The notes under the pieces are model-generated. The model ran no database searches, was not told the DNA's origin, and saw nothing but the letters and a program-made list of their open reading frames with translations. Source: Escherichia coli 042 (lineage in GTDB: Bacteria > Pseudomonadota > Gammaproteobacteria > Enterobacterales > Enterobacteriaceae). From it: DNA of 64,000 nt. The stretch lies in assembly GCF_000027125.1 (NCBI RefSeq), contig NC_017626.1. One strand, written 5' to 3'. A program made the translations under genes and the position numbers. This document shows, in pieces, positions 33,707 to 45,853 of this stretch. Each line of letters begins with the position of its first letter. Positions within the stretch are counted from its first letter, which is position 1.

Positions 33707-34909
33707 TCAGGACGACTTCGCTGCAATCAAATCCTGCGCACAAGCCCATGCACTCGACCACGCCCACTGGAAGTTATAGCCCCCCAGCCAGCCGGTGACG
33801 TCCATCACTTCGCCGATGAAGTACAGCCCAGGCACTTTGCGCGCTTCCATCGTCCGTGAAGAGAGTTCGTTGGTGTCCACGCCGCCGAGCGTCACTTCGG
33901 CAGTGCGATAGCCTTCAGTGCCGTTGGGTTGTACGCGCCAGTCGGTCAATGTGCTAATCAGTGCCTGTTGGTCACGCACGTTGAGCTGTTTTAGCGAGAC
34001 ATCCGGGATTTGCCCGAGTTGTTGTAAACGTTCAACCAACCGCTTCGGTAGATGAACCGCCAGAGTGTTTTTCAGGCTCTGATTCGGATGTGCATTACGC
34101 TGCTCATTCAGGAAGGTTTCGAGGTCCACATCCGGTAGCAGATTGATACTGACAAATTCACCCGGTTGCCAGTAGCTGGAAATTTGCAACACCGCCGGTC
34201 CAGATAAGCCGCGGTGGGTGAAGAGTAAGTTCTCACGGAAAACGGTGCCGTTTTCAGCGGTAATCACGGAAGGCACCGCCACGCCCGCCAGCACCTGTAA
34301 CTCTTCGAGCAACGGTTTATGCAGAGTGAATGGCACCAGGCCCGCGCGGGTCGGCAGCACGTTGAGGCCAAATTGTTCGGCAATCTTATAACCAAACGGC
34401 GACGCGCCCAGCCCCGGCATTGACAGTCCACCGGTCGCGATGACCAGCTTTTCGCAACCGACAGTCATGCCGTTCAGTTCAAGCGTGAAGCCTGTTTCAT
34501 CCTTCGCCACACTCAGCACTTCGCTACGCAATCTGAAGGCCACATTGCCCTTCTCGCACTCATCCACCAGCATGTCGACAATCTGCTGCGCGGAGTCATC
34601 GCAGAAGAGTTGCCCTAACGTTTTCTCGTGCCAGGCGATGCCGTGTTTATTGACCAGATCAATGAAATCCCACTGGGTAAAACGCGCGAGTGCAGACTTA
34701 CAAAAATGCGGATTCTGGCTCAGATAAGCGCCCGGTTCGACATAAAGGTTGGTAAAGTTGCAGCGCCCACCGCCAGACATGAGGATTTTGCGCCCTGGTT
34801 TTTTACCATTATCGATCAGCAGAACCCGGCATCCTGCCTGACCTGCCAGCGCAGAACAGAACATACCTGCCGCACCAGCGCCTATAATAATGGCATCAAA
34901 CCTTTCCAC
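33707..34909 (-). CDS. yhiN: FAD-dependent flavoprotein YhiN (HI0933 family)
   Basis: 400 aa; N-terminal dinucleotide-binding motif DAIIIGAGAAGMFCS. Confidence 0.9.
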   Translation of the reverse strand: MERFDAIIIGAGAAGMFCSALAGQAGCRVLLIDNGKKPGRKILMSGGGRCNFTNLYVEPGAYLSQNPHFCKSALARFTQWDFIDLVNKHGIAWHEKTLGQLFCDDSAQQIVDMLVDECEKGNVAFRLRSEVLSVAKDETGFTLELNGMTVGCEKLVIATGGLSMPGLGASPFGYKIAEQFGLNVLPTRAGLVPFTLHKPLLEELQVLAGVAVPSVITAENGTVFRENLLFTHRGLSGPAVLQISSYWQPGEFVSINLLPDVDLETFLNEQRNAHPNQSLKNTLAVHLPKRLVERLQQLGQIPDVSLKQLNVRDQQALISTLTDWRVQPNGTEGYRTAEVTLGGVDTNELSSRTMEARKVPGLYFIGEVMDVTGWLGGYNFQWAWSSAWACAQDLIAAKSS

Positions 34910-35140
34910 GTTGCGCTCCTCTAAGAAAAAACGGGCGTGAATTGTAAAGATTCCTCAGTGGTCGCACCAGCATCAATATTACTAAAAGGAAGTATTTACC
35001 TGAATTATATAAGATAATTATTTTTTGAGTGAAATCCATACAGGAGGCAAATCAAAAAAAGTCTATATTTCACTTTGCCCGCGCCGCGAAAGTCACTGAT
35101 AATGCGCCGCGTTCATGTCCTCAAAATGGCGTAACGTCCT

Positions 35141-36640
35141 ATGCTACATTTGTTTGCTGGCCTGGATTTGCATACCGGGCTGTTATTATTGCTTGCACTG
35201 GCTTTTGTGCTGTTCTACGAAGCCATCAATGGTTTCCATGACACAGCCAACGCCGTGGCAACCGTTATCTATACCCGCGCGATGCGTTCTCAGCTCGCCG
35301 TGGTTATGGCGGCGGTGTTCAACTTTTTGGGTGTTTTGCTGGGTGGTCTGAGTGTTGCCTATGCCATTGTGCATATGCTGCCGACGGATCTGCTGCTTAA
35401 TATGGGATCGTCTCATGGCCTTGCCATGGTGTTCTCTATGTTGCTGGCGGCGATTATCTGGAACCTGGGTACCTGGTACTTTGGTTTACCTGCATCCAGC
35501 TCTCATACGCTGATTGGCGCGATCATCGGGATTGGTTTAACCAATGCGTTGATGACCGGGACGTCAGTGGTGGATGCACTCAATATCCCGAAAGTATTAA
35601 GTATTTTCGGTTCTCTGATCGTTTCCCCTATTGTCGGCCTGGTGTTTGCTGGCGGTCTGATTTTCTTGCTGCGTCGCTACTGGAGCGGCACCAAGAAACG
35701 CGCCCGTATCCACCTGACCCCAGCGGAGCGTGAAAAGAAAGACGGCAAGAAAAAGCCGCCGTTCTGGACGCGTATTGCGCTGATCCTTTCCGCTATCGGC
35801 GTGGCGTTTTCGCACGGCGCGAACGATGGTCAGAAAGGCATTGGTCTGGTTATGTTGGTATTGATTGGTGTCGCACCAGCAGGCTTCGTGGTGAACATGA
35901 ATGCCACTGGCTACGAAATCACCCGTACCCGTGATGCCATCAACAACGTGGAAGCTTACTTTGAGCAGCACCCTGCGCTGCTGAAACAGGCTACCGGTGC
36001 TGATCAGTTAGTACCGGCTCCGGAAGCTGGCGCAACGCAACCTGCGGAGTTCCATTGCCATCCGTCGAATACCATTAACGCGCTCAACCGCCTGAAAGGC
36101 ATGTTGACTACCGATGTGGAAAGCTACGACAAGCTGTCGCTTGATCAACGTAGCCAGATGCGCCGCATTATGCTGTGCGTTTCTGACACTATCGACAAAG
36201 TGGTGAAGATGCCTGGTGTGAGTGCTGACGATCAGCGCCTGTTGAAGAAACTGAAGTCCGACATGCTTAGCACCATCGAGTATGCACCGGTGTGGATCAT
36301 CATGGCGGTCGCGCTGGCGTTAGGTATCGGTACGATGATTGGCTGGCGTCGTGTGGCAACGACTATCGGTGAGAAAATCGGTAAGAAAGGCATGACCTAC
36401 GCTCAGGGGATGTCTGCCCAGATGACGGCGGCAGTGTCCATCGGCCTGGCGAGTTATACCGGGATGCCGGTTTCCACCACTCACGTACTCTCCTCTTCTG
36501 TCGCGGGGACGATGGTGGTAGATGGCGGCGGCTTACAGCGTAAAACCGTGACCAGTATTCTGATGGCCTGGGTGTTTACCCTTCCGGCTGCGGTACTGCT
36601 TTCCGGCGGGCTGTACTGGCTCTCCTTGCAGTTCCTGTAA
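35141..36640 (+). CDS. pitA: Low-affinity inorganic phosphate transporter PitA
   Basis: 499 aa polytopic protein with the two [17 protein letters not shown] PiT-family signature regions. Confidence 0.95.
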
Positions 36641-36656
36641 TCGCACGCACCAAAAC

Positions 36657-36687
36657 GAGCGGGTCAGTTTACTGGCCCGCTTTTTTT
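36657..36687 (+). terminator. Rho-independent terminator after pitA (bidirectional; also downstream of convergent uspB)
   Basis: gagcgggtcag...ctggcccgc stem followed by a run of seven T. Confidence 0.7.
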
Positions 36688-36710
36688 ATGCGTTATTTTT
36701 GCTGAAGTGC

Positions 36711-37046
36711 TTAATGCCAAATCATCAATGCAATCAGACTGACCACCACCAGACCACACAATGCGCTGGTCAGAATAAACTGCCGACGCACCCGCTCACA
36801 GCGGCGAATAAACTCATCATCGTGATGATCGCGATAACGTTGGGCATAGATATACCAAACGAGACGCACCTGTTTGTTGGGTTGGCCATGTGAGGTAAAA
36901 AAGCCCCCTCCATCAACATATTGATAGAGCAATGGATCGCAGTTACGCAGTACCACTAACAACGCGCGTAGTGATGAGAAATAGCGCGCCATGTTAACAA
37001 TGCAAACGACACATAAAGCCCAAAATAATGCGACGGTGCTTATCAT
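36711..37046 (-). CDS. uspB: Universal stress protein B
   Basis: 111 aa small membrane protein, divergent from uspA. Confidence 0.9.
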
Positions 37047-37436
37047 ACCTCCTCCCCGGCGACCTGCCCGCGGAGTTCCACCCCGGGGCTACCGCTCCCG
37101 ATACGCTGCCAATCAGTTAACACCAGGTCCTGGAGAAACCGCTTTTGTGGTGACCAACATCCGAGCGGCTCTATAGATAGTGTAGGAGATCAGGTTGTTT
37201 TTTTTCCAGAAGGTTAACCACTATCAATATATTCATGTCGAAAATTTGTTTATCTAACGGGTAAGCAAGGCGGATTGACGGATCATCCGGGTCGCTATAA
37301 GGTAAGGATGGTCTTAACACTGAATCTTTACGGCTGGGTTAGCCCCGCGCACGTAGTTCGCAGGACGCGGGTGACGTAACGGCACAAGAAACGCTAGCTG
37401 GCCAGTCATCGACAACTTTATGGAAGGAGTAACACT

Positions 37437-37871
37437 ATGGCTTATAAACACATTCTCATCGCGGTCGATCTCTCCCCGGAAAGCAAAGTTCTGGTAGAGA
37501 AAGCAGTCTCTATGGCTCGCCCCTACAATGCGAAAGTTTCTCTGATCCACGTAGATGTAAACTACTCTGACCTATACACCGGGCTTATTGATGTGAATCT
37601 GGGTGATATGCAGAAACGCATCTCTGAAGAGACACATCATGCGCTGACCGAGCTTTCCACTAATGCAGGCTACCCAATCACTGAAACCCTGAGCGGCAGC
37701 GGCGACCTGGGCCAGGTTCTGGTCGATGCAATCAAGAAATACGATATGGATTTGGTGGTTTGTGGTCACCACCAGGACTTCTGGAGCAAACTGATGTCTT
37801 CCGCACGTCAGCTGATCAACACCGTTCACGTTGATATGCTGATTGTTCCGCTGCGCGACGAAGAAGAATAA
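37437..37871 (+). CDS. uspA: Universal stress protein A
   Basis: 144 aa [30 protein letters not shown]... Confidence 0.95.
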
Positions 37872-37896
37872 TCTTCCCTCTACGACGTGTTCCTGA

Positions 37897-37927
37897 ACGC
37901 CCGCATATGCGGGCGTATTGCTTTTTG
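37897..37927 (+). terminator. Rho-independent terminator after uspA
   Basis: acgcccgcatatgcgggcgt perfect palindrome followed by a T-rich run. Confidence 0.7.
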
Positions 37928-38186
37928 GCGCGCCTTGTTAACTTGCAGCGTAAACACCTTATCTGGCCTACGGTCTGCGTACGCAATCAAAATCCCCTGC
38001 CAATACAACATTTAACACCATCATATTTTCCATCATTAGTGTGATCAGCTGGTTATTTTCTGTTGTAATAGTGTATTAATCTATTCACCGCATCAATATT
38101 AAGAATCTCTGACAGATGTAAACTTTTTCGCGCGTTATCCCTTACGCGTTCATACTTTTCAGGATGGTATTGGAAGGTTAATAAAT

Positions 38187-39656
38187 ATGAATACAACAAC
38201 ACCCATGGGGATGCTGCAGCAACCTCGCCCATTTTTCATGATCTTTTTTGTCGAGTTATGGGAGCGATTCGGCTACTACGGCGTGCAGGGCGTACTGGCG
38301 GTTTTCTTCGTTAAGCAGCTTGGATTCTCGCAAGAACAGGCTTTTGTCACTTTTGGTGCTTTTGCTGCGCTGGTCTATGGCCTCATTTCCATTGGCGGCT
38401 ATGTCGGCGACCACCTGCTGGGGACCAAACGCACCATTGTTCTCGGAGCACTTGTGCTGGCGATTGGCTACTTCATGACCGGCATGTCGCTACTTAAGCC
38501 TGACCTGATTTTCATCGCCCTGGGGACTATCGCTGTCGGTAACGGCCTGTTTAAAGCTAACCCAGCCAGCTTGCTTTCGAAGTGCTATCCACCGAAAGAT
38601 CCGCGGCTTGATGGCGCATTCACCCTGTTCTATATGTCGATCAACATCGGCTCGTTGATAGCGTTATCGCTGGCCCCTGTGATCGCTGATAGATTCGGCT
38701 ATTCAGTCACCTACAACCTGTGCGGTGCGGGATTAATTATCGCGCTATTGGTTTACATCGCCTGTCGCGGAATGGTGAAAGACATTGGTTCTGACCCCGA
38801 CTTCCGGCCGATGAGCTTCAGCAAACTGTTGTACGTGTTACTTGGCAGCGTGGTGATGATCTTCGTCTGTGCATGGCTGATGCACAACGTAGAAGTCGCC
38901 AATCTGGTGCTGATTGTTCTCTCCATCGTCGTCACCATCATTTTCTTTCGTCAGGCATTCAAGCTGGATAAAACCGGGCGCAATAAAATGTTTGTCGCCT
39001 TTGTCCTGATGCTCGAAGCGGTGGTGTTTTACATTCTCTACGCCCAGATGCCAACGTCACTGAACTTCTTTGCCATCAACAACGTGCATCATGAAATTCT
39101 CGGCTTTTCCATCAACCCGGTCAGCTTCCAGGCGCTTAACCCTTTCTGGGTGGTACTCGCCAGTCCAATACTGGCAGGCATTTACACGCATCTGGGTAAC
39201 AAAGGCAAAGACCTCTCGATGCCGATGAAATTTACTCTCGGCATGTTTATGTGCTCGCTGGGCTTTCTTACAGCCGCCGCTGCGGGAATGTGGTTTGCTG
39301 ATGCACAAGGACTGACATCGCCGTGGTTTATTGTGCTGGTTTACTTATTCCAGAGCCTGGGTGAACTGTTTATTAGCGCCCTTGGCCTGGCGATGATTGC
39401 TGCCCTGGTGCCGCAGCATTTGATGGGCTTTATTCTCGGGATGTGGTTCCTGACGCAGGCTGCCGCGTTCTTGCTGGGCGGCTATGTGGCAACATTTACC
39501 GCAGTACCAGACAACATTACCGATCCGCTTGAGACGTTGCCCGTCTATACCAACGTGTTTGGTAAGATTGGCCTGGTTACGCTGGGCGTTGCGGTGGTGA
39601 TGCTGCTGATGGTGCCGTGGCTGAAACGAATGATTGCGACGCCCGAAAGCCATTAA
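38187..39656 (+). CDS. dtpB: Proton-dependent di/tripeptide permease DtpB (POT family)
   Basis: 489 aa; [20 protein letters not shown]2-family motif. Confidence 0.95.
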   Translation: MNTTTPMGMLQQPRPFFMIFFVELWERFGYYGVQGVLAVFFVKQLGFSQEQAFVTFGAFAALVYGLISIGGYVGDHLLGTKRTIVLGALVLAIGYFMTGMSLLKPDLIFIALGTIAVGNGLFKANPASLLSKCYPPKDPRLDGAFTLFYMSINIGSLIALSLAPVIADRFGYSVTYNLCGAGLIIALLVYIACRGMVKDIGSDPDFRPMSFSKLLYVLLGSVVMIFVCAWLMHNVEVANLVLIVLSIVVTIIFFRQAFKLDKTGRNKMFVAFVLMLEAVVFYILYAQMPTSLNFFAINNVHHEILGFSINPVSFQALNPFWVVLASPILAGIYTHLGNKGKDLSMPMKFTLGMFMCSLGFLTAAAAGMWFADAQGLTSPWFIVLVYLFQSLGELFISALGLAMIAALVPQHLMGFILGMWFLTQAAAFLLGGYVATFTAVPDNITDPLETLPVYTNVFGKIGLVTLGVAVVMLLMVPWLKRMIATPESH

Positions 39657-39670
39657 TTATTCTTGCAGAA

Positions 39671-39706
39671 AGCAGGGTAGCGATAACGCTACCCTGCTTT
39701 ACTTTT
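39671..39706. terminator. Bidirectional rho-independent terminator between convergent dtpB and rsmJ
   Basis: agcagggtagcg-ataa-cgctaccctgct perfect 12-bp stem flanked by A/T runs. Confidence 0.7.
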
Positions 39707-40457
39707 ACACCGGCGTTCCGGCATAAATATCAAAGCGATGCCCTTTGGTCACTACCGCGTTTGGCGTGGCGACATTCGCCAGCGGCGGCGCGTAGTCCGG
39801 GCGCTTTACCACCACGCGTTTGGTCGCCAGCAAGCGTGCAGGCTCCAGCAATCCATCAGCGTCGAGATCCGGCCCCACCAGCGACTGGAACACGCGCATC
39901 TCTTTTTTCACCAGCGCGCTTTTCTGCTTATGCGGGAACATCGGGTCGAGATAGACCACCTGCGGGCGTGGGGTAATATCGGTCAGCGCCGTCAGGCTGG
40001 AGGCGTGAATTAACTGCAACCGCTCCTGCAACCAGCCGCCGATTTCCGCATCCGCATAACCACGCGCCAGGCCGTCGTCGAGCAATGCAGCAACCACCGG
40101 ATTACGCTCCAGCATCCGCACGCGGCAGCCGACTGAAGCCAGCACAAAGGCATCGCGCCCCAGCCCTGCGGTGGCGTCCACCACGTCCGGGAGATAATCG
40201 CCTTTAATGCCCACCGCTTTTGCCACCGCCTCACCGCGACCACCGCCGAATTTGCGACGGTGCGCCATCGCTCCGCCAACAAAATCAACAAAGATGCCAC
40301 CAAGCTTCGGCTCATCACGCTTGCGCAGTTCCAGATGCTCCGGTGTTAACACCAGCGCCATCAGGTTGTCTTCATCATGTTCCAGCCCCCAGCGAGCCGC
40401 CAGAACAGATAAGGCACCGTCTCCGGTGCCTGTTTCATCAATTAAGCAGATTTTCAC
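39705..40457 (-). CDS. rsmJ: 16S rRNA m2G1516 methyltransferase RsmJ
   Basis: ORF 39705-40562; GTG at 40457 gives 250 aa starting (M)[24 protein letters not shown]... Confidence 0.85.
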   Translation of the reverse strand: MKICLIDETGTGDGALSVLAARWGLEHDEDNLMALVLTPEHLELRKRDEPKLGGIFVDFVGGAMAHRRKFGGGRGEAVAKAVGIKGDYLPDVVDATAGLGRDAFVLASVGCRVRMLERNPVVAALLDDGLARGYADAEIGGWLQERLQLIHASSLTALTDITPRPQVVYLDPMFPHKQKSALVKKEMRVFQSLVGPDLDADGLLEPARLLATKRVVVKRPDYAPPLANVATPNAVVTKGHRFDIYAGTPV

Positions 40458-40464
40458 TGAATGA

Positions 40465-42507
40465 TCAGCCCTTAATGCCGTAATGCTCCAGCATCGCATC
40501 CAGTTGCGGTTCACGACCACGGAAGCGTTTGAACAGATCCATCGGCTCTTCTGAACCGCCACGGCTCAGAATGTTGTCGAGGAACGACTGTCCGGTTTCA
40601 CGATTGAAAATGCCCTCTTCCTCAAAACGCGAGAAGGCATCTGCCGCCAGCACGTCGGCCCACAGGTAACTGTAGTAACCTGCGGCATAACCACCGGCGA
40701 AAATATGGCTGAAAGCGTGCGGGAAACGGCCCCATGACGGAGAAGGTACCACGGCAACCAGTTTCTTGATTTCTGCCAGAGTTTCGAGGATTTTCGCTCC
40801 CTGATCCGGGCGGAACTCGGCATGGAGGCGGAAATCGAACAGGCCGAACTCCAGCTGGCGCAGAATAAACAGTGCCGCCTGGTAGTTTTTCGCTGCCAGC
40901 ATTTTATCCAGCAGCTCCTTCGGCAGCGGTTCGCCGGTTTCATAGTGACCGGAGATAAACGCCAGCGCCTCAGGCTCCCAGCACCAGTTTTCCATAAACT
41001 GACTCGGCAGTTCGACCGCATCCCACGGCACCCCGCTGATCCCGGAAACACCAGCGGTTTCAATGCGGGTCAGCATATGGTGCAGACCATGACCGAACTC
41101 GTGGAACAGGGTGATCACTTCGTCGTGAGTAAACAGTGCCGGTTTACCATTTACCGGGCGGTTGAAGTTACAGGTCAGATACGCGACCGGTTTTTGCAGC
41201 GAACCGTCGGCTTTACGCATCTGGCCTACGCAGTCATCCATCCACGCCCCGCCGCGCTTGTTTTCACGGGCATACAGGTCGAGGTAGAAGCTGCCGCGCA
41301 GTTCGTTGTTCTCGTCATACAGTTCGAAGAAACGTACATCCGGATGCCAGACATCAACATCTTTACGCTCTTTAGCGGTGATGCCGTAAATACGTTTCAC
41401 CACTTCAAACAAGCCGTTAACCGCTTTGTTTTCCGGGAAGTACGGACGCAGTTGTTCGTCACTGATGCTGTAGAGGTGCTGTTTTTGTTTTTCACTGTAG
41501 TACGCGATATCCCACGGCTGCAACTCATCCACGCCAAATTCGGCTTTAGCGAAGGCACGCAGTTGCGCCAGCTCTTTTTCACCTTGCGGACGCGCGCGTT
41601 TTGCCAGATCGGTTAAGAAATCAAGCACCTGCTGCGGATTTTCTGCCATTTTAGTGGCAAGGGATTTAAAGGCGTAGTTTTCAAAACCCAGCAGTTGCGC
41701 CAGTTCGTGACGCAGCGCGAGGATCTCTTCCATCACCTTGCTGTTGTCCCACTTACCGGCGTTCGGACCTTGATCGGAGGCGCGGGTGCTGTAAGCACGA
41801 TACATCTCTTCGCGCAGAGCCTGGTTGTCGCAGTAGGTCATTACCGGCAGGTAGCTTGGGATATCCAGCGTCAGCAGGTAGCCTTCAAGTTCTTTCGCTT
41901 CAGCCTGGGCTTTTGCCGCAGCCAGCGCGCTTTCTGGCATCCCCGCCAGCTCCGCTTCGTCGGTAACGAGTTTGGTCCAGCCCATTGTCGCATCGAGGAC
42001 GTTGTTGCTGTACTGGTTGCCCAGCTCGGAAAGACGAGTGGCAATCTCACCGTAACGCTGCTGTTTCTCTTTTGGCAGACCGATGCCAGAGAGTTCGAAG
42101 TCGCGCAGTGCGTTATCAACCGCTTTCTTCTGCGCCGTGTTCAGCGTGGCGTAATGATCGCCATCGCGCAGGTCGCGATATGCTTTATACAGCCCTTCAT
42201 GTTGTCCTACCCAGGTGCTGTATTCTGACAGCAGCGGCAGGGTTTGTTCGTACGCTTCACGCAGTTCCGGACTATTTTTCACCGAGTTCAGATGGCTGAC
42301 CGGGGAGAAGATACGCCCCAGCACATCGTCCACTTCCGCCAGCGGCTGGCAGAGATTTTCCCAGGTGTACGGTGCCCCCTGCGCTACTACGCGCTCCACA
42401 TTTTCGCGGCAGTCGTTCAGCGCCTTAGTCACGGCTGGAACGACATGTTCCGGGAGAATTTTAGAAAACGGAGGCAATTCAAAGGGAGTCAGTAACGGAT
42501 TCGTCAT
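40465..42507 (-). CDS. prlC: Oligopeptidase A (M3 zinc metallopeptidase)
   Basis: ORF 40465-42546; ATG at 42507 gives 680 aa (MTNPLLTPF...); HEFGH zinc-binding motif. Confidence 0.95.
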   Translation of the reverse strand: MTNPLLTPFELPPFSKILPEHVVPAVTKALNDCRENVERVVAQGAPYTWENLCQPLAEVDDVLGRIFSPVSHLNSVKNSPELREAYEQTLPLLSEYSTWVGQHEGLYKAYRDLRDGDHYATLNTAQKKAVDNALRDFELSGIGLPKEKQQRYGEIATRLSELGNQYSNNVLDATMGWTKLVTDEAELAGMPESALAAAKAQAEAKELEGYLLTLDIPSYLPVMTYCDNQALREEMYRAYSTRASDQGPNAGKWDNSKVMEEILALRHELAQLLGFENYAFKSLATKMAENPQQVLDFLTDLAKRARPQGEKELAQLRAFAKAEFGVDELQPWDIAYYSEKQKQHLYSISDEQLRPYFPENKAVNGLFEVVKRIYGITAKERKDVDVWHPDVRFFELYDENNELRGSFYLDLYARENKRGGAWMDDCVGQMRKADGSLQKPVAYLTCNFNRPVNGKPALFTHDEVITLFHEFGHGLHHMLTRIETAGVSGISGVPWDAVELPSQFMENWCWEPEALAFISGHYETGEPLPKELLDKMLAAKNYQAALFILRQLEFGLFDFRLHAEFRPDQGAKILETLAEIKKLVAVVPSPSWGRFPHAFSHIFAGGYAAGYYSYLWADVLAADAFSRFEEEGIFNRETGQSFLDNILSRGGSEEPMDLFKRFRGREPQLDAMLEHYGIKG

Positions 42508-42709
42508 TAGCGCAGTCCTGGTTAAAGAGGTTAAGGAAGCGCTCAACAGGCGCTTTACATAATGTTTGTAGCATGGGGTTAAGTGTAGTGAATTTCAATG
42601 AGAAACGTTACGCTTTCGCGGCGGCGGCCTCTTTTCGGTATACTGTCCTGATAGGCTTTTGTGCGCCCCGAATACGGGCCGATTTTTACTTACCGGAACA
42701 CCTTTACCC

Positions 42710-43552
42710 ATGCTCAGTTATCGCCACAGCTTTCACGCTGGCAACCACGCCGACGTCCTTAAACATACCGTTCAGAGCCTGATCATCGAGTCGCTGAAAG
42801 AGAAAGATAAACCGTTTCTCTATCTCGATACCCACGCAGGGGCCGGGCGTTATCAGTTAGGCAGCGAACATGCCGAGCGTACCGGCGAATATCTCGAAGG
42901 CATCGCCCGTATCTGGCAGCAAGACGATTTGCCTGCAGAGCTGGAGGCGTACATCAATGTGGTAAAACACTTTAACCGTAGCGGTCAGTTGCGTTACTAC
43001 CCCGGTTCACCGTTGATTGCCCGTCAGTTACTGCGTGAACAGGACAGCCTGCAACTAACCGAACTGCACCCGAGCGATTACCCGTTGCTACGTTCTGAAT
43101 TTCAGAAAGACAGCCGTGCGCGCGTGGAAAAAGCCGACGGTTTCCAGCAGCTTAAGGCCAAGCTGCCGCCGGTTTCCCGCCGTGGTTTAATCCTTATCGA
43201 CCCGCCGTATGAAATGAAAACCGACTATCAGGCGGTGGTCAGCGGGATAGCAGAAGGTTACAAACGTTTCGCCACTGGCACTTACGCACTGTGGTATCCG
43301 GTGGTGCTGCGCCAGCAAATTAAGCGCATGATCCACGACCTGGAAGCGACCGGCATTCGCAAAATTCTGCAAATTGAACTGGCGGTACTGCCAGACAGCG
43401 ATCGCCGTGGCATGACCGCTTCCGGCATGATTGTGATTAATCCGCCGTGGAAGCTGGAACAGCAGATGAATAACGTGCTGCCGTGGCTGCACAGCAAACT
43501 GGTTCCGGCTGGTACCGGGCACGCCACCGTAAGCTGGATCGTGCCGGAGTAA
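42710..43552 (+). CDS. rlmJ: 23S rRNA m6A2030 methyltransferase RlmJ
   Basis: ORF 42659-43552; ATG 42710 gives 280 aa MLSYRHSFHAGNHADVLKH... Confidence 0.9.
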   Translation: MLSYRHSFHAGNHADVLKHTVQSLIIESLKEKDKPFLYLDTHAGAGRYQLGSEHAERTGEYLEGIARIWQQDDLPAELEAYINVVKHFNRSGQLRYYPGSPLIARQLLREQDSLQLTELHPSDYPLLRSEFQKDSRARVEKADGFQQLKAKLPPVSRRGLILIDPPYEMKTDYQAVVSGIAEGYKRFATGTYALWYPVVLRQQIKRMIHDLEATGIRKILQIELAVLPDSDRRGMTASGMIVINPPWKLEQQMNNVLPWLHSKLVPAGTGHATVSWIVPE

Positions 43553-43623
43553 TTGCAGCCATTGCTGGCACCTATTACGTCTCGCGCTACAATCGCGGTA
43601 ATCAACGATAAGGACACTCTGTC

Positions 43624-44976
43624 ATGACTAAACACTATGATTACATCGCCATCGGCGGCGGCAGCGGCGGTATCGCCTCCATCAACCGCGCGGCTATGTA
43701 CGGCCAGAAATGCGCGCTGATTGAAGCCAAAGAGCTGGGCGGCACCTGCGTGAACGTCGGCTGCGTACCGAAGAAAGTGATGTGGCACGCGGCGCAAATC
43801 CGTGAAGCGATCCACATGTACGGTCCGGATTATGGTTTCGATACCACTATAAATAAATTCAACTGGGAAACGTTGATCGCCAGCCGTACCGCCTATATCG
43901 ACCGTATTCATACTTCCTATGAAAACGTGCTCGGTAAAAATAACGTTGATGTAATCAAAGGCTTTGCCCGCTTCGTTGATGCCAAAACGCTGGAGGTAAA
44001 CGGCGAAACCATCACGGCCGATCATATTCTGATCGCCACCGGCGGTCGTCCGAGCCACCCGGATATTCCGGGCGTGGAATACGGTATTGATTCTGATGGC
44101 TTCTTCGCCCTTCCTGCTTTGCCAGAGCGCGTGGCGGTTGTTGGCGCGGGTTACATCGCCGTTGAGCTGGCGGGCGTGATTAACGGCCTCGGCGCGAAAA
44201 CGCATCTGTTTGTGCGTAAACATGCGCCGCTGCGCAGCTTCGACCCGATGATCTCTGAAACGCTGGTCGAAGTGATGAACGCCGAAGGCCCGCAGCTGCA
44301 CACCAACGCCATCCCGAAAGCGGTGGTGAAAAATGCTGATGGCAGCCTGACGCTGGAGCTGGAAGATGGTCGCAGTGAAACGGTAGATTGCCTGATTTGG
44401 GCGATTGGTCGCGAGCCTGCCAATGACAACATCAACCTGGAAGCCGCTGGTGTAAAAACCAACGAAAAAGGCTATATCGTCGTCGATAAATATCAAAACA
44501 CCAACGTTGAAGGTATTTACGCGGTGGGCGATAACACGGGTGCAGTGGAACTGACACCGGTGGCAGTTGCAGCGGGTCGCCGTCTCTCTGAACGCCTGTT
44601 TAATAACAAGCCTGATGAGCATCTGGATTACAGCAACATTCCGACCGTGGTCTTCAGCCATCCGCCGATTGGTACTGTTGGTTTAACGGAACCGCAGGCG
44701 CGCGAGCAGTACGGCGACGATCAGGTGAAAGTGTATAAATCCTCTTTCACCGCGATGTATACCGCCGTCACCACTCACCGCCAGCCGTGCCGCATGAAAC
44801 TGGTATGCGTTGGACCGGAAGAGAAGATTGTCGGAATTCACGGCATTGGTTTTGGTATGGATGAAATGTTGCAGGGCTTCGCGGTGGCGCTGAAGATGGG
44901 GGCGACCAAAAAAGACTTCGACAATACCGTCGCCATTCACCCGACGGCGGCAGAAGAGTTCGTGACCATGCGTTAA
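43624..44976 (+). CDS. gor: Glutathione reductase
   Basis: 450 aa; FAD-binding GGGSGG, redox-active [13 protein letters not shown] disulfide motif. Confidence 0.95.
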   Translation: MTKHYDYIAIGGGSGGIASINRAAMYGQKCALIEAKELGGTCVNVGCVPKKVMWHAAQIREAIHMYGPDYGFDTTINKFNWETLIASRTAYIDRIHTSYENVLGKNNVDVIKGFARFVDAKTLEVNGETITADHILIATGGRPSHPDIPGVEYGIDSDGFFALPALPERVAVVGAGYIAVELAGVINGLGAKTHLFVRKHAPLRSFDPMISETLVEVMNAEGPQLHTNAIPKAVVKNADGSLTLELEDGRSETVDCLIWAIGREPANDNINLEAAGVKTNEKGYIVVDKYQNTNVEGIYAVGDNTGAVELTPVAVAAGRRLSERLFNNKPDEHLDYSNIPTVVFSHPPIGTVGLTEPQAREQYGDDQVKVYKSSFTAMYTAVTTHRQPCRMKLVCVGPEEKIVGIHGIGFGMDEMLQGFAVALKMGATKKDFDNTVAIHPTAAEEFVTMR

Positions 44977-45029
44977 ATGTTAAAGGGCAAAGAGTGGTGT
45001 GCTCTTTGCCCTTAGTTACGTTTCCGCTA

Positions 45030-45113
45030 TCAGTTCAGAAGCTGAAGCAGAAAGCGGATCAGTTCCAGCAGCGCAATTAACGCCCCAAGAACGATGATTG
45101 CTTTATCAATCAC
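45030..45113 (-). CDS. dinQ: SOS-inducible membrane toxin peptide DinQ (27 aa, GTG start)
   Basis: Minus-strand translation from GTG at 45113 reads MIDKAIIVLGALIALLELIRFLLQLLN then stop. Below the 60 aa ORF-track cut-off; found by manual translation. Confidence 0.8.
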   Translation of the reverse strand: MIDKAIIVLGALIALLELIRFLLQLLN

Positions 45114-45304
45114 CCGTTTTCTCCATGCGATGGAGTGAGAATGCATCCGCTTACTCATCCACTGCCTGTCACGGCGCATGTCTCATTGTTAGATAAGAAC
45201 TCTCTCACTCCGGCCAGAGCATCAGTTAACGGCACCACCCGTACTTCTGACCAGGACTTTGAAAGCGTTTATGCGCATTACCAGAGTGAAAATGCCTCAG
45301 AGCT

Positions 45305-45324
45305 AACTGGATAATCATACAGTA
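45305..45324 (-). promoter_or_regulatory. LexA box of dinQ (TACTGTATGATTATCCAGTT on minus strand)
   Basis: Reverse complement of 45305-45324 has the CTGT-N8-CCAG SOS-box architecture, upstream of dinQ. Confidence 0.75.
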
Positions 45325-45387
45325 CATGCAGGTTATAAAACCAGCACGTCCTTGCAATAGTTTCAGTATGGTATTAGCATTGATGCG

Positions 45388-45470
45388 TTAGATGATGGCA
45401 TTCTCACTCCAGCCAGAGCCACCAACTCAGGGCTGAAGAGTAAAAAAACCGACGCAAAGTCGGTTTTTTT
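45388..45470 (+). ncRNA. agrA: agrA-like small RNA (dinQ-homologous repeat with own promoter and terminator)
   Basis: -35 TTGCAA (45352-45357), 17-bp spacer, -10 TAGCAT (45375-45380); body shares tctcactccagccagagc with the dinQ leader; ends in hairpin ccgacgcaaagtcgg plus T-run. Exact ends approximate. Confidence 0.55.
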
Positions 45471-45618
45471 ACATCCGGATTCGGACAAGGCTTAATATGA
45501 CGATGACCCAGTGAAAGTATATAAATCGTCACTGCGATATATACCGAAGTGCTCCCTCCGCCAGCTGAAGAAACCGCTAATTCTTGCAATGTTAGCCACT
45601 GGCTAATAGTATTGAACC

Positions 45619-45703
45619 GTTAGATAAGAGCTCTCTCACTCCAGCCAGAGCCACCAACTCAGGGCTGGAAAGTAAAAAACCGACGCAAAGTCGGTTTTTT
45701 TAC
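45619..45703 (+). ncRNA. agrB: agrB-like small RNA (antisense-type regulator of dinQ)
   Basis: -35 TTGCAA (45584-45589), 17-bp spacer, -10 TAGTAT (45607-45612); body gttagataagagctctctcactccagccagagc nearly identical to dinQ leader segment 45188-45220; same terminator hairpin. Exact ends approximate. Confidence 0.55.
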
Positions 45704-45853
45704 GTCCTGATTCAGACCTCCTTTCAAATGAATACCCAACGCTTAATTCACACCTATTACCTTCCTCTGCACATACACATTCGTTAAACCATATATGTTT
45801 TTGACTTATCCGCTTCGAAGAGAGACACTACCTGCAACAATCAGGAGCGCAAT

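Noticed and set aside
40822-41616. 264 aa plus-strand ORF inside prlC
   Set aside because: Antisense to oligopeptidase A, which carries the HEFGH zinc motif; shadow ORF.
43282-44661. 459 aa minus-strand ORF antisense to gor (and the 111 aa ORF 43187-43522 antisense to rlmJ)
   Set aside because: gor and rlmJ are unambiguous on the plus strand; the antisense ORFs have no recognisable domain and are frame shadows.
45160-45710. Possible CRISPR array suggested by three similar repeats
   Set aside because: Repeats are about 50-85 bp, irregularly spaced, each with its own promoter-like and terminator elements and homologous to the dinQ leader; this is the dinQ/agrA/agrB arrangement, not a CRISPR array; no cas genes nearby.
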